Shown here: positions 29,105 through 39,302 of the stretch, in pieces
How positions within the stretch are numbered: position 1 is the stretch's first letter
Layout: each line of letters starts with the position of its first letter
Assembly: GCA_965209055.1 (NCBI GenBank)
Contig: OZ242374.1
Span: forward strand, 3,264,001-3,328,000
Reading direction: 5' to 3'
From: Acidobacteriota bacterium
GTDB taxonomy: Bacteria > Acidobacteriota > UBA6911 > RPQK01 > JAJDTT01
DNA length: 64,000 nt
Program-made: the position numbers and the translations under genes
The notes under the pieces: generated by a model
What the model was told of the DNA's origin: nothing
What the model saw: the letters and a program-made list of their open reading frames with translations, nothing else
The model's database searches: none

Positions 29105-30100
29105 TCAAACCTCATAGAGAGACCGTTGCCGGGGTTTCTTCGAGGCCGGGCCGGCGATGTCGTTCAACTCCATGGGGTAAGGGTTGAACAAGGTCTGATT
29201 CCTCAGGTCTCTCGTGCCATGGCGCATGACCCACGACCGCAGCAGGCCCACCGGTCCGCTGGCGGGAATCTTCCCGTTCCGGAACCGCTCCAGCCGATCC
29301 AGAAAGCGAGCCTTGTCCCGGTCGGTCAACTGCTTGGAAATCGGCCCCAGGGCGTAGATCAGGACGCCGATGAGTGAGGTGTAGCGGGGACTGCGGGACA
29401 GCGCGTTCGACAACCGCCTCTTGTACTCCCTGGCCAGGACGGCCGCGTCCGCATCTCCGTTGTCCGCCAACAACCGGTCCAGTTGATCCAGCTCCGTGCG
29501 GTTGTAGGCCATGAGCATCAGGCGATTCGCCGCATGGAACCGGCTCAAGGCTTTCCGGGTCGGTCGCCGGACGACCCGGCGGAGCCGGGCCAGCGCAAAG
29601 AGGCGGGTCAGGAAATGTTCCCGCCGGATTCGATTCCGGAGGCGCTTCTCGTCCTCGACGGCAGCGTCGGGAAAGTGCTCCAGAACGGCCGCGGCAAAGA
29701 TCCCGGCGCCCCGTTCCAGCACCGTCACCTGCCCGGCGTCGTGGATCTTGGTGTCCCGGATTCCGCAACTGGGAGACCGGCTCTTGAGGATGAAGCCATC
29801 CACGTCGTTCAGACTTTTCAAAAATTCCTGACTGAAGGTGGTCATGGACCGGGTCAGGTCGCGTCCGGTCGCCGGCTGGACCAGGGTCCGGCCGCCGTCG
29901 CCGGCGATGATCTGAATCGGGTCCCGAGGCACCCCCAGGCCGATCTCCAGTTCGGGGCAGACCGGCCGGAATCTGACGTATGAAGAGAGCTGGTGGATGA
30001 AGTCTTCCCGGATCATCTTGCCGTTGTAGCGGCAGGCTTCCACGCCGAGGCAACGGCTCAGAACCACGACGGGCGTCGGGGTCCGGCTATCGGACTTCAA
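29105..30100 (-). CDS. DUF523/DUF1722 protein (YbbK-YbgA, 2-thiouracil desulfurase-like)
   Basis: SRCLG...CRYNG, VCPE..IGLGVPR, KSRSPSCG, EDEKRL, Q..FNPYP.EL. Confidence 0.88.
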   Translation of the reverse strand: MKSDSRTPTPVVVLSRCLGVEACRYNGKMIREDFIHQLSSYVRFRPVCPELEIGLGVPRDPIQIIAGDGGRTLVQPATGRDLTRSMTTFSQEFLKSLNDVDGFILKSRSPSCGIRDTKIHDAGQVTVLERGAGIFAAAVLEHFPDAAVEDEKRLRNRIRREHFLTRLFALARLRRVVRRPTRKALSRFHAANRLMLMAYNRTELDQLDRLLADNGDADAAVLAREYKRRLSNALSRSPRYTSLIGVLIYALGPISKQLTDRDKARFLDRLERFRNGKIPASGPVGLLRSWVMRHGTRDLRNQTLFNPYPMELNDIAGPASKKPRQRSLYEV

Positions 30101-30162
30101 TGGTCGCGTACTCCCGGCCAGGCTTTCCGGTCACGCCGGCTCGCGGTAGGCGCCTCAACGGA

Positions 30163-31152
30163 TCAGATTTCCCCCCACGAGGACATTTCGGCCTTCAACT
30201 CGGGATCCAGGTTCATCCGGAAGGATTCCAGGGCGTTGTCGATGTGGTCGAACTTGCGCGCCCCCGCCAGCACGGCCGTCACGTCCGGGTTGCTCATGGC
30301 CCAGGCCATGGCCAGGCGCACCATGGGGATCCCCGTCTCCTCGGACTTGGCACGCAACTGTTCCACGATCTTGAAGAACCGGTCGTGGAAGTAGATGTCT
30401 CCGTGTCCCGGAACGATGTCAAAGCGGGTTCCGGAGGGCAGCTCGTCCATTCCGGCCGTGTACTTTCCCGCGAAAAAGCCGGCTCCCAGAGGACTGTAGG
30501 TGGTGACGGCGATCTGTTCGCGTCTGCAAAGAGGGAAGAGGTCGGTCTCGTACTCCCGTAACGCCAGGTTGTACGGCGGCTGGGTGATCTCGAAACAGCG
30601 ATATCCCCGCCGGCGGCTGATCTCCAGGGACTCGCGCAGCATGTCCGCAGTGAAATTGCTGCAACCCAACGCCACGATGCGTCCCGCGTCCGCTTCCTGG
30701 TTGAGGGCGTCCAGACTCTCCCCGACGGGGACGTTGGGATCGGGGGAGTGGATCTTGTAGGCGTCGACCGAGTCGGTCCGGAGCCGCTCCAGGCTCGCCG
30801 CCAGAGCCTTGCGGATATTTTCCGGACTGGCTCCGGTACTCACCTTGGTGCAGAGGGTGACCTCGTCGCGGCATCCCCGCGCCTCCATCCAGCGGCCGAT
30901 GATGTTCTCCGAGGAGTTCATCTCCACGGTGACCTCGCGCCTGTCCTTCACCCCGTACTCCTTGATGCGGTACTGCTGGGAGTTGCCCCCTCCGTAGGCT
31001 TCGGCCGTATCCAGGAAGGTGATGCCCTTCTCCACGGCATAGTCCAACACCCTCCAGGAGGTCTCCTCGTCGATCTCCCGCCCGAAGGTGGCGCAACCCA
31101 ATCCGATGGGACTCATCATGAGTCCCGTCTTGCCCAACGGTCTCAGCTTCAT
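30163..31152 (-). CDS. Aldo/keto reductase
   Basis: LGKTGL..S.IGLG, DTAEAYG, SLERLRTD.VD.Y..H, GCSNF, YSPLGAG; the upstream ORF extension is the antisense shadow of the next gene. Confidence 0.92.
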   Translation of the reverse strand: MKLRPLGKTGLMMSPIGLGCATFGREIDEETSWRVLDYAVEKGITFLDTAEAYGGGNSQQYRIKEYGVKDRREVTVEMNSSENIIGRWMEARGCRDEVTLCTKVSTGASPENIRKALAASLERLRTDSVDAYKIHSPDPNVPVGESLDALNQEADAGRIVALGCSNFTADMLRESLEISRRRGYRCFEITQPPYNLALREYETDLFPLCRREQIAVTTYSPLGAGFFAGKYTAGMDELPSGTRFDIVPGHGDIYFHDRFFKIVEQLRAKSEETGIPMVRLAMAWAMSNPDVTAVLAGARKFDHIDNALESFRMNLDPELKAEMSSWGEI

Positions 31153-31308
31153 TCGGATTCCCCTTTCAACGATGATGGTGGAAGCGGCGGTCCCGGAGAC
31201 TTCCGGGATGGCCCCGGCAGCGCTTAAGCTTACCAGTTTCCCTGCATGGTAGTCTTGACCTTTCCTTGACATTGGCGGCGGCACGGCGGGTTCGGAAGGA
31301 GTATACAA

Positions 31309-32385
31309 ATGCAAACGGTCAACGCGGTCTTGCTGGGTCTGGACAATCCCCATTCGATCGCTCATCTGAGAACCCTGGATCAGCTTCCCGAAGTGGCCCG
31401 GGTCCAGGTCTGGGCTGAAGACGAGAAGTTCATTCCGGACGTCGAGGAAGCGGGGAGCCCGAAAGTGGATCGGGTTTCGACGGATCTGGCGTCGATCCTG
31501 GCAGGGGGGGCGCACCTGGCCGTGGCCAGCCCGCGCACCGACCGGAGCCCGGGCGTCTGCATCCGGGCGCTGGAGGCGGGGCATCACGTCGTGGCCGAGA
31601 AGCCCATCGGAGCCACCGTCGAGGAGATCGGCCGGGTCGTCCAGTCGGCGCGGGACCACGGCCGGAAACTGGGGGTCTTCTACGGGCGGCGTTACAATCC
31701 CCTGGTCCGGCAAGTCCGCGACATCATCAGTCAAGGCCTGCTGGGAACGCTCATGTCGGTGGAACTCCGGATGCTCACCACGCAGGTGCGCTTCCGGGAT
31801 CCCGGCTACTGGCTCTTCAAGAAACGGATCTCGGGGGGAGGCATGCTCTCCTGGCTGGGCTGCCACTACGTCGACAAGATCCGGTTCATCACCGGCGAGG
31901 AGATCGTTTCGGTGTCGGCCGAGGTCGCCACCCGGAGCGGCGAGGACATCGACGTGGAAGACGTGGCCGTTCTCTCCTTCCGTCTTGCCTCCGGGACCGT
32001 GGGCACGCTCCACGTCGGATTCGTCATGGCCCTGAGCGGCGGGGGCTACCACAACGTCGGGGGTTACGACACCTACGTGGGAGTCAACGGACGTCGGGGA
32101 CGGTTGTATTTTTCCTCCGCCGGATCCCCCGAGCGGCTCAAGGTGGAGACGGACCATCCCGACTGGTCCGACGCCCCGTGGCGGGAGTTTGAATACACCC
32201 CGGCATCTTCTCCGGCCTATGGAGGCGTCTCTGGAGAGCGTTTCGTCCAGGATTTTCTGAAGGCGACGTGGGGAGAGGGGACTGTTCCGGCCTCGGGAGA
32301 CGACGCCCTGCAGGTGGCGCGCATCGTGGAAGCGGCCTACGAATCCAGCGAAACCGGACGCAGGGTCCAAGTGGCGCCCGATTGA
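31309..32385 (+). CDS. Gfo/Idh/MocA family oxidoreductase
   Basis: AAGGAG RBS; HVVAEKP; GGGMLSWLGCHYVD; C-terminal IVEAAYES..TGR.V. Confidence 0.88.
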   Translation: MQTVNAVLLGLDNPHSIAHLRTLDQLPEVARVQVWAEDEKFIPDVEEAGSPKVDRVSTDLASILAGGAHLAVASPRTDRSPGVCIRALEAGHHVVAEKPIGATVEEIGRVVQSARDHGRKLGVFYGRRYNPLVRQVRDIISQGLLGTLMSVELRMLTTQVRFRDPGYWLFKKRISGGGMLSWLGCHYVDKIRFITGEEIVSVSAEVATRSGEDIDVEDVAVLSFRLASGTVGTLHVGFVMALSGGGYHNVGGYDTYVGVNGRRGRLYFSSAGSPERLKVETDHPDWSDAPWREFEYTPASSPAYGGVSGERFVQDFLKATWGEGTVPASGDDALQVARIVEAAYESSETGRRVQVAPD

Positions 32386-32479
32386 CAATCTCCAGACCTG
32401 GGGCGAATCTTGTTCCACGAGATACGCTCATCGTAAACGAGCAGGAACAGAGTCCCGAGAAGCTGGGAAAAGCAGACTC

Positions 32480-35359
32480 ATGAACAAGCAGGGCGCCGCG
32501 GTTGTTCTGGCATTGATCTTGGGACTGCCGGGATGCGGTTCCCGGGAATCGGCCATGGACTCCAAGGTCGAGTCGGTACCGGCCTCCGACATCCAATTTC
32601 CCGACTCGGTGTTTCGGATCACTCTGGGCCTCACCGATTCGGAGCCCCGGGACTGGTCGGGGAATCTCCGCCTCCAACCGGGCCAGAAGGCGGAACTCGT
32701 GCCCGAGCATTTTCGCGCGGGCGTCTACCGCCACGACTTCGGCGCCGGCTGGCGCACCATCGTCGACCCGAAGATCCCCAACGACCGGCTCACCGGGCCC
32801 GACAGCTGGCTGGCGCACACGACGTTTGACTGGATTCGCTACAAGGACCGGGCCCGGATCCGGCACCCCAGCCTCTTTGTTCGGCTCTGGGACAATCCGG
32901 GCGGGGCGCCGTTCCAGGTCCGCGCCGGAGGACAGGACTTCTCCGTCGGACCGGCGGAGCTGCCGTTGTTCCGGCCCAAGTCCCGGCTGGCAGATCGAGT
33001 CCGGGTGGAGCGGGTGCCGCCGGCGGCCCAGGTGGCCCGGGAAAGAGTCGGTCAGCAAGACTATCCGGCTCTCTTGGCCACGCCTTCCGGCGATCTCTGG
33101 GCGGCGTGGCAGGAGTATGAGGAGCGTTACGACGACTCGATCTGTGTCCGGCGGAAGCAGGGGGATGCCTGGGGACCGGTCTGGGTCCTGGCCCGCGAAG
33201 CGGACGTGTTTCGGACTGCTCTGGCTCATGACTCGGACGGCGGGGTCTGGGCCATCTGGTCCATGCAGGTGGAGGGAAACTGGGATCTCTACGCCCGCCG
33301 CCACGACGGCGAGGGCTGGTCCGGTCTTCACCGTTTGACCCGGGAGCCGGGTCCCGACATCTATCACCGGGCCGTCACCGACAAGTCGGGGAACCTCTGG
33401 TTGGTCTGGCAGAAGGTCATGGAAGGACGGAGCCAGATCGTGGCGCGGAGTTTCGACGGGTCCGGCTGGAGCGAGACGGTTCAGCTCAGTCAGGACGATT
33501 CAGCCGAAGGGAACAATTGGACTCCGTCCGTGGCCGCTGGGGAGTCCGGGTCGGTGGCCGTGGTGTGGGACGGCTACGGGGCGGGGAACTACGACGTCTA
33601 CCTGAGACGGTTCTCCGCCGGCAAGTGGCAGCCGGTCCAGGTGGTGGCGGGGACCGAGCGGTTCGAGGCCGCGCCGACGGTCGCCGTGGACCGGCAGGAC
33701 CGGATCTGGGTGGCGTGGCACGAGTCGGGCCCCGAGTGGGGCAAGGATACGGGCCGGTTGGTCCAGCGCAGGGGGACGGAGCTGAGGGAGTCCCGTTGGC
33801 TCGGCCTGGCCTGTGTGGACGGCGAGCAACTGCTCACCACGGTCCATCCCGTGGGGGAACGCCTGGATGCGGCCCGCGAATGGGAGTTGCCGCATCTTCA
33901 GATCGACTCGGACGGGCATCCCTGGCTGCTGGTTCGGAACGTCACCAAGCGGGGCCCCGCCGGGAGGCCTCGGTACTTTCCCATGTGGGAGATCCACGTC
34001 ACCCGCTATGACGGCTCCCGATGGAGTGAGCTGGTCCGGGTGCGGCAGAGCAGCGGGCGGAACGATATGTCGCCGGCCACGGCGCTCGATGCGGACGGGC
34101 GCATCTGGGGCATCTGGGCCACCGACATGCGGAGCGCCAAGTCGGGATTGCCGCAGTACGGACGAGTGATGGTCTCCCCGTTGGGTTCGAGCCCGGGCCG
34201 GAAACACCTGGCGCTGCAGGCCTGGTCCCCGGCCGCCGTGGGCGAGGTGGAGCGTGTCCATCCCAACGAGGCCGAGCAGGTGGACCGGATCCGCTCCTAT
34301 AAGGTGGAGACTGGAGGAAAGACCTACTTCATTTACCGGGGCGACACGCACCGGCACACCGACATCTCCCTGGACGGCGGCGGCGACGGTGGTCTGCTGG
34401 ACGCCTACCGGTACGCGTTGGACGCCGCGTCCATGGACTTTCTCGGGACCTCGGACCACAACCACGAAATTGCCGAGCCGTACGCCTGGTGGCGGACCCA
34501 GAAGTTCGCCGATCTGTTCCAGCTCGACGGCAGCTTCACGGCGTTCTATGCCTACGAGCGCTCGGTCCAGTTTCCCAACGGACACCGGAACGTCCTCTTC
34601 ACCCAGCGCGGAAACAACATTCTGGAGGTGCTGACGGCGGAACGCATGGGTCTGGACGGCGCCGGGCGCCTCTTCGGTTATCTGCGCCGGGCAGGTGGCA
34701 CCTCCATCCCCCACACCATCGCCACCGGGGCCGGGACCGATTGGCGGGACAGCGATCCCGAGGTGGAGACGCTGCTGGAGATCTACCAGGGCATGCGCGA
34801 CACCTACGAGCATCCGGGTTCCCCCCGGCCCAAGACGCTGGAGGCGACACCGACGCTTCAGGAAGACGATTCCCCGTCCCGCCGTGACGGCACCGCGTGG
34901 AGCGCCTTGGAGAAGGGCCTCAAGCTGGGTTTCATCGCCTCTTCGGATCACCTCTCGACCCACATCAGTTACGCCTGCCTCATCGCGGAGAATCTGACCC
35001 GGGAGGGTCTGATGGAGGCCATACGGGCCCGCAGGGCCTACGCCGCCACCGACAACATCGTGTTGGACGTTCGATTCGTGGGGTCGGACGGGGAGCATCT
35101 CATGGGTGGGATCTTCACCAGCTCTCAGCCGGTGAGAATCCACGCGACCATACTCGGGACCGGGACCATCAAGCGGGTGGATCTGATCAAGAACAACCGG
35201 GTCCTCTACTCGGCGGAACCCGGCCAGCCCACGTTCCGGTTGGACTTCACCGACGGCGACGCGGCCGATTCGGGCGAGAGCTACTACTATATTCGAGTCC
35301 TGCAGGAGGACGGCGAAATCGCCTGGGGCTCTCCGGCCTGGGTGACTTACCAGAGGTAG
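32480..35359 (+). CDS. Lipoprotein with beta-propeller and PHP/DUF3604-like metal-binding domain
   Basis: Lipobox LPGC; repeated WAAW/WVAW blades; GDTHRHT..S.DG, SDH, GHRN, PHT, GFIASSDH. Confidence 0.72.
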   Translation: MNKQGAAVVLALILGLPGCGSRESAMDSKVESVPASDIQFPDSVFRITLGLTDSEPRDWSGNLRLQPGQKAELVPEHFRAGVYRHDFGAGWRTIVDPKIPNDRLTGPDSWLAHTTFDWIRYKDRARIRHPSLFVRLWDNPGGAPFQVRAGGQDFSVGPAELPLFRPKSRLADRVRVERVPPAAQVARERVGQQDYPALLATPSGDLWAAWQEYEERYDDSICVRRKQGDAWGPVWVLAREADVFRTALAHDSDGGVWAIWSMQVEGNWDLYARRHDGEGWSGLHRLTREPGPDIYHRAVTDKSGNLWLVWQKVMEGRSQIVARSFDGSGWSETVQLSQDDSAEGNNWTPSVAAGESGSVAVVWDGYGAGNYDVYLRRFSAGKWQPVQVVAGTERFEAAPTVAVDRQDRIWVAWHESGPEWGKDTGRLVQRRGTELRESRWLGLACVDGEQLLTTVHPVGERLDAAREWELPHLQIDSDGHPWLLVRNVTKRGPAGRPRYFPMWEIHVTRYDGSRWSELVRVRQSSGRNDMSPATALDADGRIWGIWATDMRSAKSGLPQYGRVMVSPLGSSPGRKHLALQAWSPAAVGEVERVHPNEAEQVDRIRSYKVETGGKTYFIYRGDTHRHTDISLDGGGDGGLLDAYRYALDAASMDFLGTSDHNHEIAEPYAWWRTQKFADLFQLDGSFTAFYAYERSVQFPNGHRNVLFTQRGNNILEVLTAERMGLDGAGRLFGYLRRAGGTSIPHTIATGAGTDWRDSDPEVETLLEIYQGMRDTYEHPGSPRPKTLEATPTLQEDDSPSRRDGTAWSALEKGLKLGFIASSDHLSTHISYACLIAENLTREGLMEAIRARRAYAATDNIVLDVRFVGSDGEHLMGGIFTSSQPVRIHATILGTGTIKRVDLIKNNRVLYSAEPGQPTFRLDFTDGDAADSGESYYYIRVLQEDGEIAWGSPAWVTYQR

Positions 35360-35394
35360 CCTCTTCCGCGCGACCGACTTCCGAGGAATCTCCC

Positions 35395-36498
35395 ATGCTG
35401 GAAATCGTGGACCGAGGAATTCTCTCTCACGTTCCGGGCCGCGGCGCATACTTTCCCTGCGTCCGAGCCCTCCGGGACGGATCCATGTTGGCGGCGCAGC
35501 ACGTCGGGAGCGGCTTGTGTTGCCCGGACAACCACATCGAGGTGTTGCGCTCCACGGACGGGGGACGCAACTGGGCCAATGAAGGGAGCATTCACGGCGG
35601 TCTCCCGGCGGACGGATGGTGCTACCGGGCCCCGATGCTGGCACCTCTGGAGGACGGCAGCCTGGTGATGGCGGCCGCCCGTTATCTCCTGGACAACGAC
35701 GAGATGTACAATCCGGCCACCGAGGGATTGAAACCGACTCAGATGGTCCTTTTCCGCTCTTCCGATCAGGGCCGGTCCTGGTCGGGGCCCGAGGTGGTTC
35801 CCAACCCGCTGCCTCCCGAGCGATACGTGAGCAGCCTCTCGGGCCAGCTCCTGATTTTAGCGACCGACCGCTGGATGTACCCGTTGGAGACCTGGAAGCC
35901 GGACGGCTACGAGGGGCCGGTGGACCAGAAGGCGGGGGCCGTCTTCTCTTCAGATCAGGGCCGGACCTGGGACGAGTGGTCTGTAGTGGCCGACGACCCG
36001 GAGGAACGCCTCCACTACGCCGACCAGATGCAGGCCGTGTTGCCGGATGGACGGATCTACACCACCCTCTGGACCCGGACCTGGGGCGTCGGGCAGGGGG
36101 AGGACGTGAACGACCACTGGGTCGTGTCGGAGGACTCGGGCCGGACCTGGAGCGACCCCCGGCCCACCAACCTCCAAGGTCAGCTCTGCGCCCCCATCGC
36201 GCTTCCCGACGGGCGGGTCGCGGCCATCTACAACTTTCGGCGCGAACCCCAGGGGGTCCACGTCGCCATCACCGAGGACCTGGAGAACTACGACGTCGAG
36301 AACCAGGCGGTGGTGTTCCGGGCCGGCGAGGAAACCATGACCGCGCAGGCGGTGGACGAATTCATCGACGCCCACCAGAAGATCGCCTTCGGCAGGCCCT
36401 GGGGAATCCTGCTCCCCGACGGAGATCTGCTGGTCTATTTCTGGTGCACCGTCGATTCGGTCACCCACAACCGGTGGGTCCGGCTCAGGGTCTCGTGA
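35395..36498 (+). CDS. BNR/Asp-box sialidase-like protein
   Basis: STDGGRNW, SSDQGRSW, SSDQGRTW, SEDSGRTW. Confidence 0.8.
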   Translation: MLEIVDRGILSHVPGRGAYFPCVRALRDGSMLAAQHVGSGLCCPDNHIEVLRSTDGGRNWANEGSIHGGLPADGWCYRAPMLAPLEDGSLVMAAARYLLDNDEMYNPATEGLKPTQMVLFRSSDQGRSWSGPEVVPNPLPPERYVSSLSGQLLILATDRWMYPLETWKPDGYEGPVDQKAGAVFSSDQGRTWDEWSVVADDPEERLHYADQMQAVLPDGRIYTTLWTRTWGVGQGEDVNDHWVVSEDSGRTWSDPRPTNLQGQLCAPIALPDGRVAAIYNFRREPQGVHVAITEDLENYDVENQAVVFRAGEETMTAQAVDEFIDAHQKIAFGRPWGILLPDGDLLVYFWCTVDSVTHNRWVRLRVS

Positions 36499-36608
36499 CG
36501 CGCTCAGATCTCAGTTGCCATCCGCTGGAGTGAATCCACAACAACGCTTGCGACTTGCAGGACCCGGAGTAACCGGCTTCTCGGTGGTTCGTCCTCCGTA
36601 TCCCGGTT

Positions 36609-36815
36609 TCAGGCATACTCAACGGGCTGGCGGTCGTCAACGGCTGCGGGAGGCGGCTCGGTAAACTGTTTCCCTTGTTCCTCGGCGGCCACTCGTGCTC
36701 GGTTCCAGGATTCCCAGCGCTTGCGCTCTCTCGCACGTCCCTCGGCGCGTCCCTCAACCAGTCCCTTGGCGAGCCCCTTGGCATTACGTCGATTGAGATA
36801 CCACTCCGAAAACAT
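36609..36815 (-). CDS. Small protein, stand-alone copy of the AEGR-repeat C-terminal module
   Basis: GAGGT RBS then MFSEWYLNRR..KGL.EGRAEGRARERKRWESWN...EPPP; paralogue of 36934-37146. Confidence 0.55.
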   Translation of the reverse strand: MFSEWYLNRRNAKGLAKGLVEGRAEGRARERKRWESWNRARVAAEEQGKQFTEPPPAAVDDRQPVEYA

Positions 36816-36933
36816 TCTTCCGACCTCAAGGAATCCCAAGCGAATGACTGGATGCTGCTGGCAGCCTATACTCCTCTGCCCAGCCTCGGAATGTGTCTAA
36901 GATCCGACGAATCCTTCACGCCTCACCGTCGGT

Positions 36934-37389
36934 CTAGTGACCGTCAGCGACTGTCGGCGGTGGCTCCATGAACTTTGTACCTTGTTCCTCGGCGGCCACG
37001 CGCGCGCGGTTCCAGGATTCCCAGCGCTTGCGCTCTCTCGCACGTCCCTCGGCGCGCCCCTCGGCGCGTCCCTCGGCTCGTCCCTCGGCTCGTCCCTCAG
37101 CCAGTCCCTTGGCGTAACGTCGATTCAGATACCATTCCGAGAACATTCGTCCCACCTCCACGGAAACCACGCTCCAGGCGACGACCACGACGACCACGGG
37201 CGACAGACCCCGGGCGATGGCCAGAAATGTATCCACGCCGCCGCCTGTCGCCCCATCGGCCACCTCGTGCCATGCGACCAGACCTGTGGCCACGATAACC
37301 AGAGAAACGAACAATTTGAAGTAGGCGTCCCTCCATGATGAAGGGACGCTCCAGATCGACTCTCTGTGCCTGACCGATTCCTTTTCCAT
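36934..37389 (-). CDS. Two-TM protein with Rpn-like (AEGR)n C-terminal module and internal start
   Basis: Two hydrophobic helices; GGAGGT (37154-37159) precedes an in-frame ATG at 37146; 12-bp tandem repeats encode five AEGR units. Confidence 0.65.
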   Translation of the reverse strand: MEKESVRHRESIWSVPSSWRDAYFKLFVSLVIVATGLVAWHEVADGATGGGVDTFLAIARGLSPVVVVVVAWSVVSVEVGRMFSEWYLNRRYAKGLAEGRAEGRAEGRAEGRAEGRARERKRWESWNRARVAAEEQGTKFMEPPPTVADGH

Positions 37390-37634
37390 CCGGCAATGGC
37401 GGCGCTTCGGGACTTCTCCGATTGTCGATTCGCAGCCGGAGCCCGCCGGCTCCGGCATTCGCCCCTCCTCTCGACGGGGTTCCCGTCAAATCTTGCCTGC
37501 ATACCTGATAACGAGCGAAATCTGGAATCTGCAACCGATTCCCCGTTTTTCCAATCGGAACCTCCAAATTGTCCGGACTTGGGAGCCATTCTACCGGATG
37601 GTCCGGCGTGAAGCTTCGCCCCGGATTGAGACTC

Positions 37635-38381
37635 TCAGCCGGAGGCAGGGCCCAGGAGGGAAGCGGAATCCAAGTCCAGATAGAGGTGGCAATCGGCGTG
37701 GGTCTGGAGGATGGAGGAGGGGTGCAGCGGAGTGACTTCGCCTTCCACGCAATTGCGGACCGCCTCGGCCTTTCGGATGCCGGGAACGGTGCAGACGATG
37801 GACTCGGCGCTCATGATCTGCCGGATGGACATGGAGACCGCCTGTGCCGGCACCTTGTCGATGTTGGCGAACCACCCCTCGGAGACCTGCTGCTGCCGGC
37901 AGGCGGTGTCCAGCGTGACCAGGATGTACGGCTCCTCGGTATCGAAATCGGCCGGCGGGTCGTTGAAGGCCAGGTGGCCGTTTTCTCCAATGCCGATAAA
38001 GGCCACGTCGATGGGGCCCTGCCGGATGAGGTCCGAAATCCGGCGGCATTCGGCCTGGGGGTCGGGCGCTTCGCCCCGGATGAAGTGCACCTCTCCCGGT
38101 TGCACGCGATCCACCAGGCGTTCCCGGAGATAGCGCCGGAAGCTGGCGGCGTGGTTTTCGGAGATCCCGGTGTACTCGTCCAAGTGAAACATCGTGGTCC
38201 GGGACCAGTCGATGGATCGGTCCGAGGTCAGGGCCTGCAGGAAATCGAATTGAGAACTGCCCGTAGCCACGCAGAATCGGGCGGCGCCCCGGCGGCCGAT
38301 GGCCTCCCGCAGCTTGGATGAGGCCCTGGCGGCGGCGGCCCGGCTGGTGGCGGCCTTGTCTCTCTCTCGAACGATCTCCAT
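37635..38381 (-). CDS. nagB: Glucosamine-6-phosphate deaminase family protein
   Basis: ATGSSQ, FHLDEY, GIGENGHLAFNDP, P.S.LQ.H. Confidence 0.85.
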   Translation of the reverse strand: MEIVRERDKAATSRAAAARASSKLREAIGRRGAARFCVATGSSQFDFLQALTSDRSIDWSRTTMFHLDEYTGISENHAASFRRYLRERLVDRVQPGEVHFIRGEAPDPQAECRRISDLIRQGPIDVAFIGIGENGHLAFNDPPADFDTEEPYILVTLDTACRQQQVSEGWFANIDKVPAQAVSMSIRQIMSAESIVCTVPGIRKAEAVRNCVEGEVTPLHPSSILQTHADCHLYLDLDSASLLGPASG

Positions 38382-38567
38382 GGCATTCTCCTCGTCTCGG
38401 CCGGCACCGGTTGCCGTCCCGGGTCTGCACCGGAGTACTCCCGCCCAGTTTACTACGCGCGAGCGCCACCGACACTTCCAACCACCTGGTACTTCTGTGA
38501 TGATATGGGCCGGCCGCCGGTGCCGGCCGCGAACTCGATTCCGGGCCTGACGGGAAAGGAACAGAAC

Positions 38568-39302
38568 ATGGACCGATCTGAAATGTTGGAAGAACTCAAG
38601 AACTTCGACACCCCCTCCATCACCGACGTGGTAGCCACTTACCCCGACCACCCCCTGTGCCTGGGGCTCTACAATCCCTGGACCACGAACTGGTACACGG
38701 ACCAGTCGATCCGCTGTATTTACCCCGAATTGGGGCGGACCGTGGGTTACGCTGTCACCTGCGTCTACGGGCTCCCCGATCCCACCTACACGCAACTGAC
38801 CTTCATCGACGTGCTGGAAGCCATGGAGGCGTCCGAGCAACCCACTGTCTTCGTTTTCCAACAGAACTTCCCGCCTGAGATCGCCGGCAAGGTGGGCCTG
38901 TCGGGGGGCAACATGACCTCCGCCCTCAAGGCCATCGGCTGTGTCGGGGCCATCTCCAACGGCCCGTCCCGCGATTTGGACGAAATCCGTCCCATGGAAT
39001 TCCAGTATCTGCTCAGCGGCGCCACTCCCGGCCATGGCCCCATGGCCATCCACGCCGTCAACGTGCCGGTGACGGTGGCGGGCATGGACGTTTCTCCCGG
39101 CGAGATCATCCACATGGACGAGAACGGCGCCTGCAAGTTTCCCTCGGACCAGCTCGAGGCGGTGCTGGTCAATGCCCGGGCCATGCAGAAGGAAGAGGTG
39201 ACGCGCATGTCCGAGTTGCTGGCGGCGGGCAGCGCCGCCGAGATCCAGGCGATCTTCAGCCGTCATGCGTACGGAAAGAAACAGGAAGACGGCGGCAAAT
39301 GA
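38568..39302 (+). CDS. RraA / HMG-aldolase family protein
   Basis: DTPSITD, GYAVT, GGNM, GPSRDLDE, V.PGEIIH.DENG. Confidence 0.85.
   Translation: MDRSEMLEELKNFDTPSITDVVATYPDHPLCLGLYNPWTTNWYTDQSIRCIYPELGRTVGYAVTCVYGLPDPTYTQLTFIDVLEAMEASEQPTVFVFQQNFPPEIAGKVGLSGGNMTSALKAIGCVGAISNGPSRDLDEIRPMEFQYLLSGATPGHGPMAIHAVNVPVTVAGMDVSPGEIIHMDENGACKFPSDQLEAVLVNARAMQKEEVTRMSELLAAGSAAEIQAIFSRHAYGKKQEDGGK

Noticed and set aside
30163-32418. 751-aa aldo/keto reductase fusion
   Set aside because: The N-terminal extension overlaps the divergent Gfo/Idh/MocA gene; the AKR starts at 31152.
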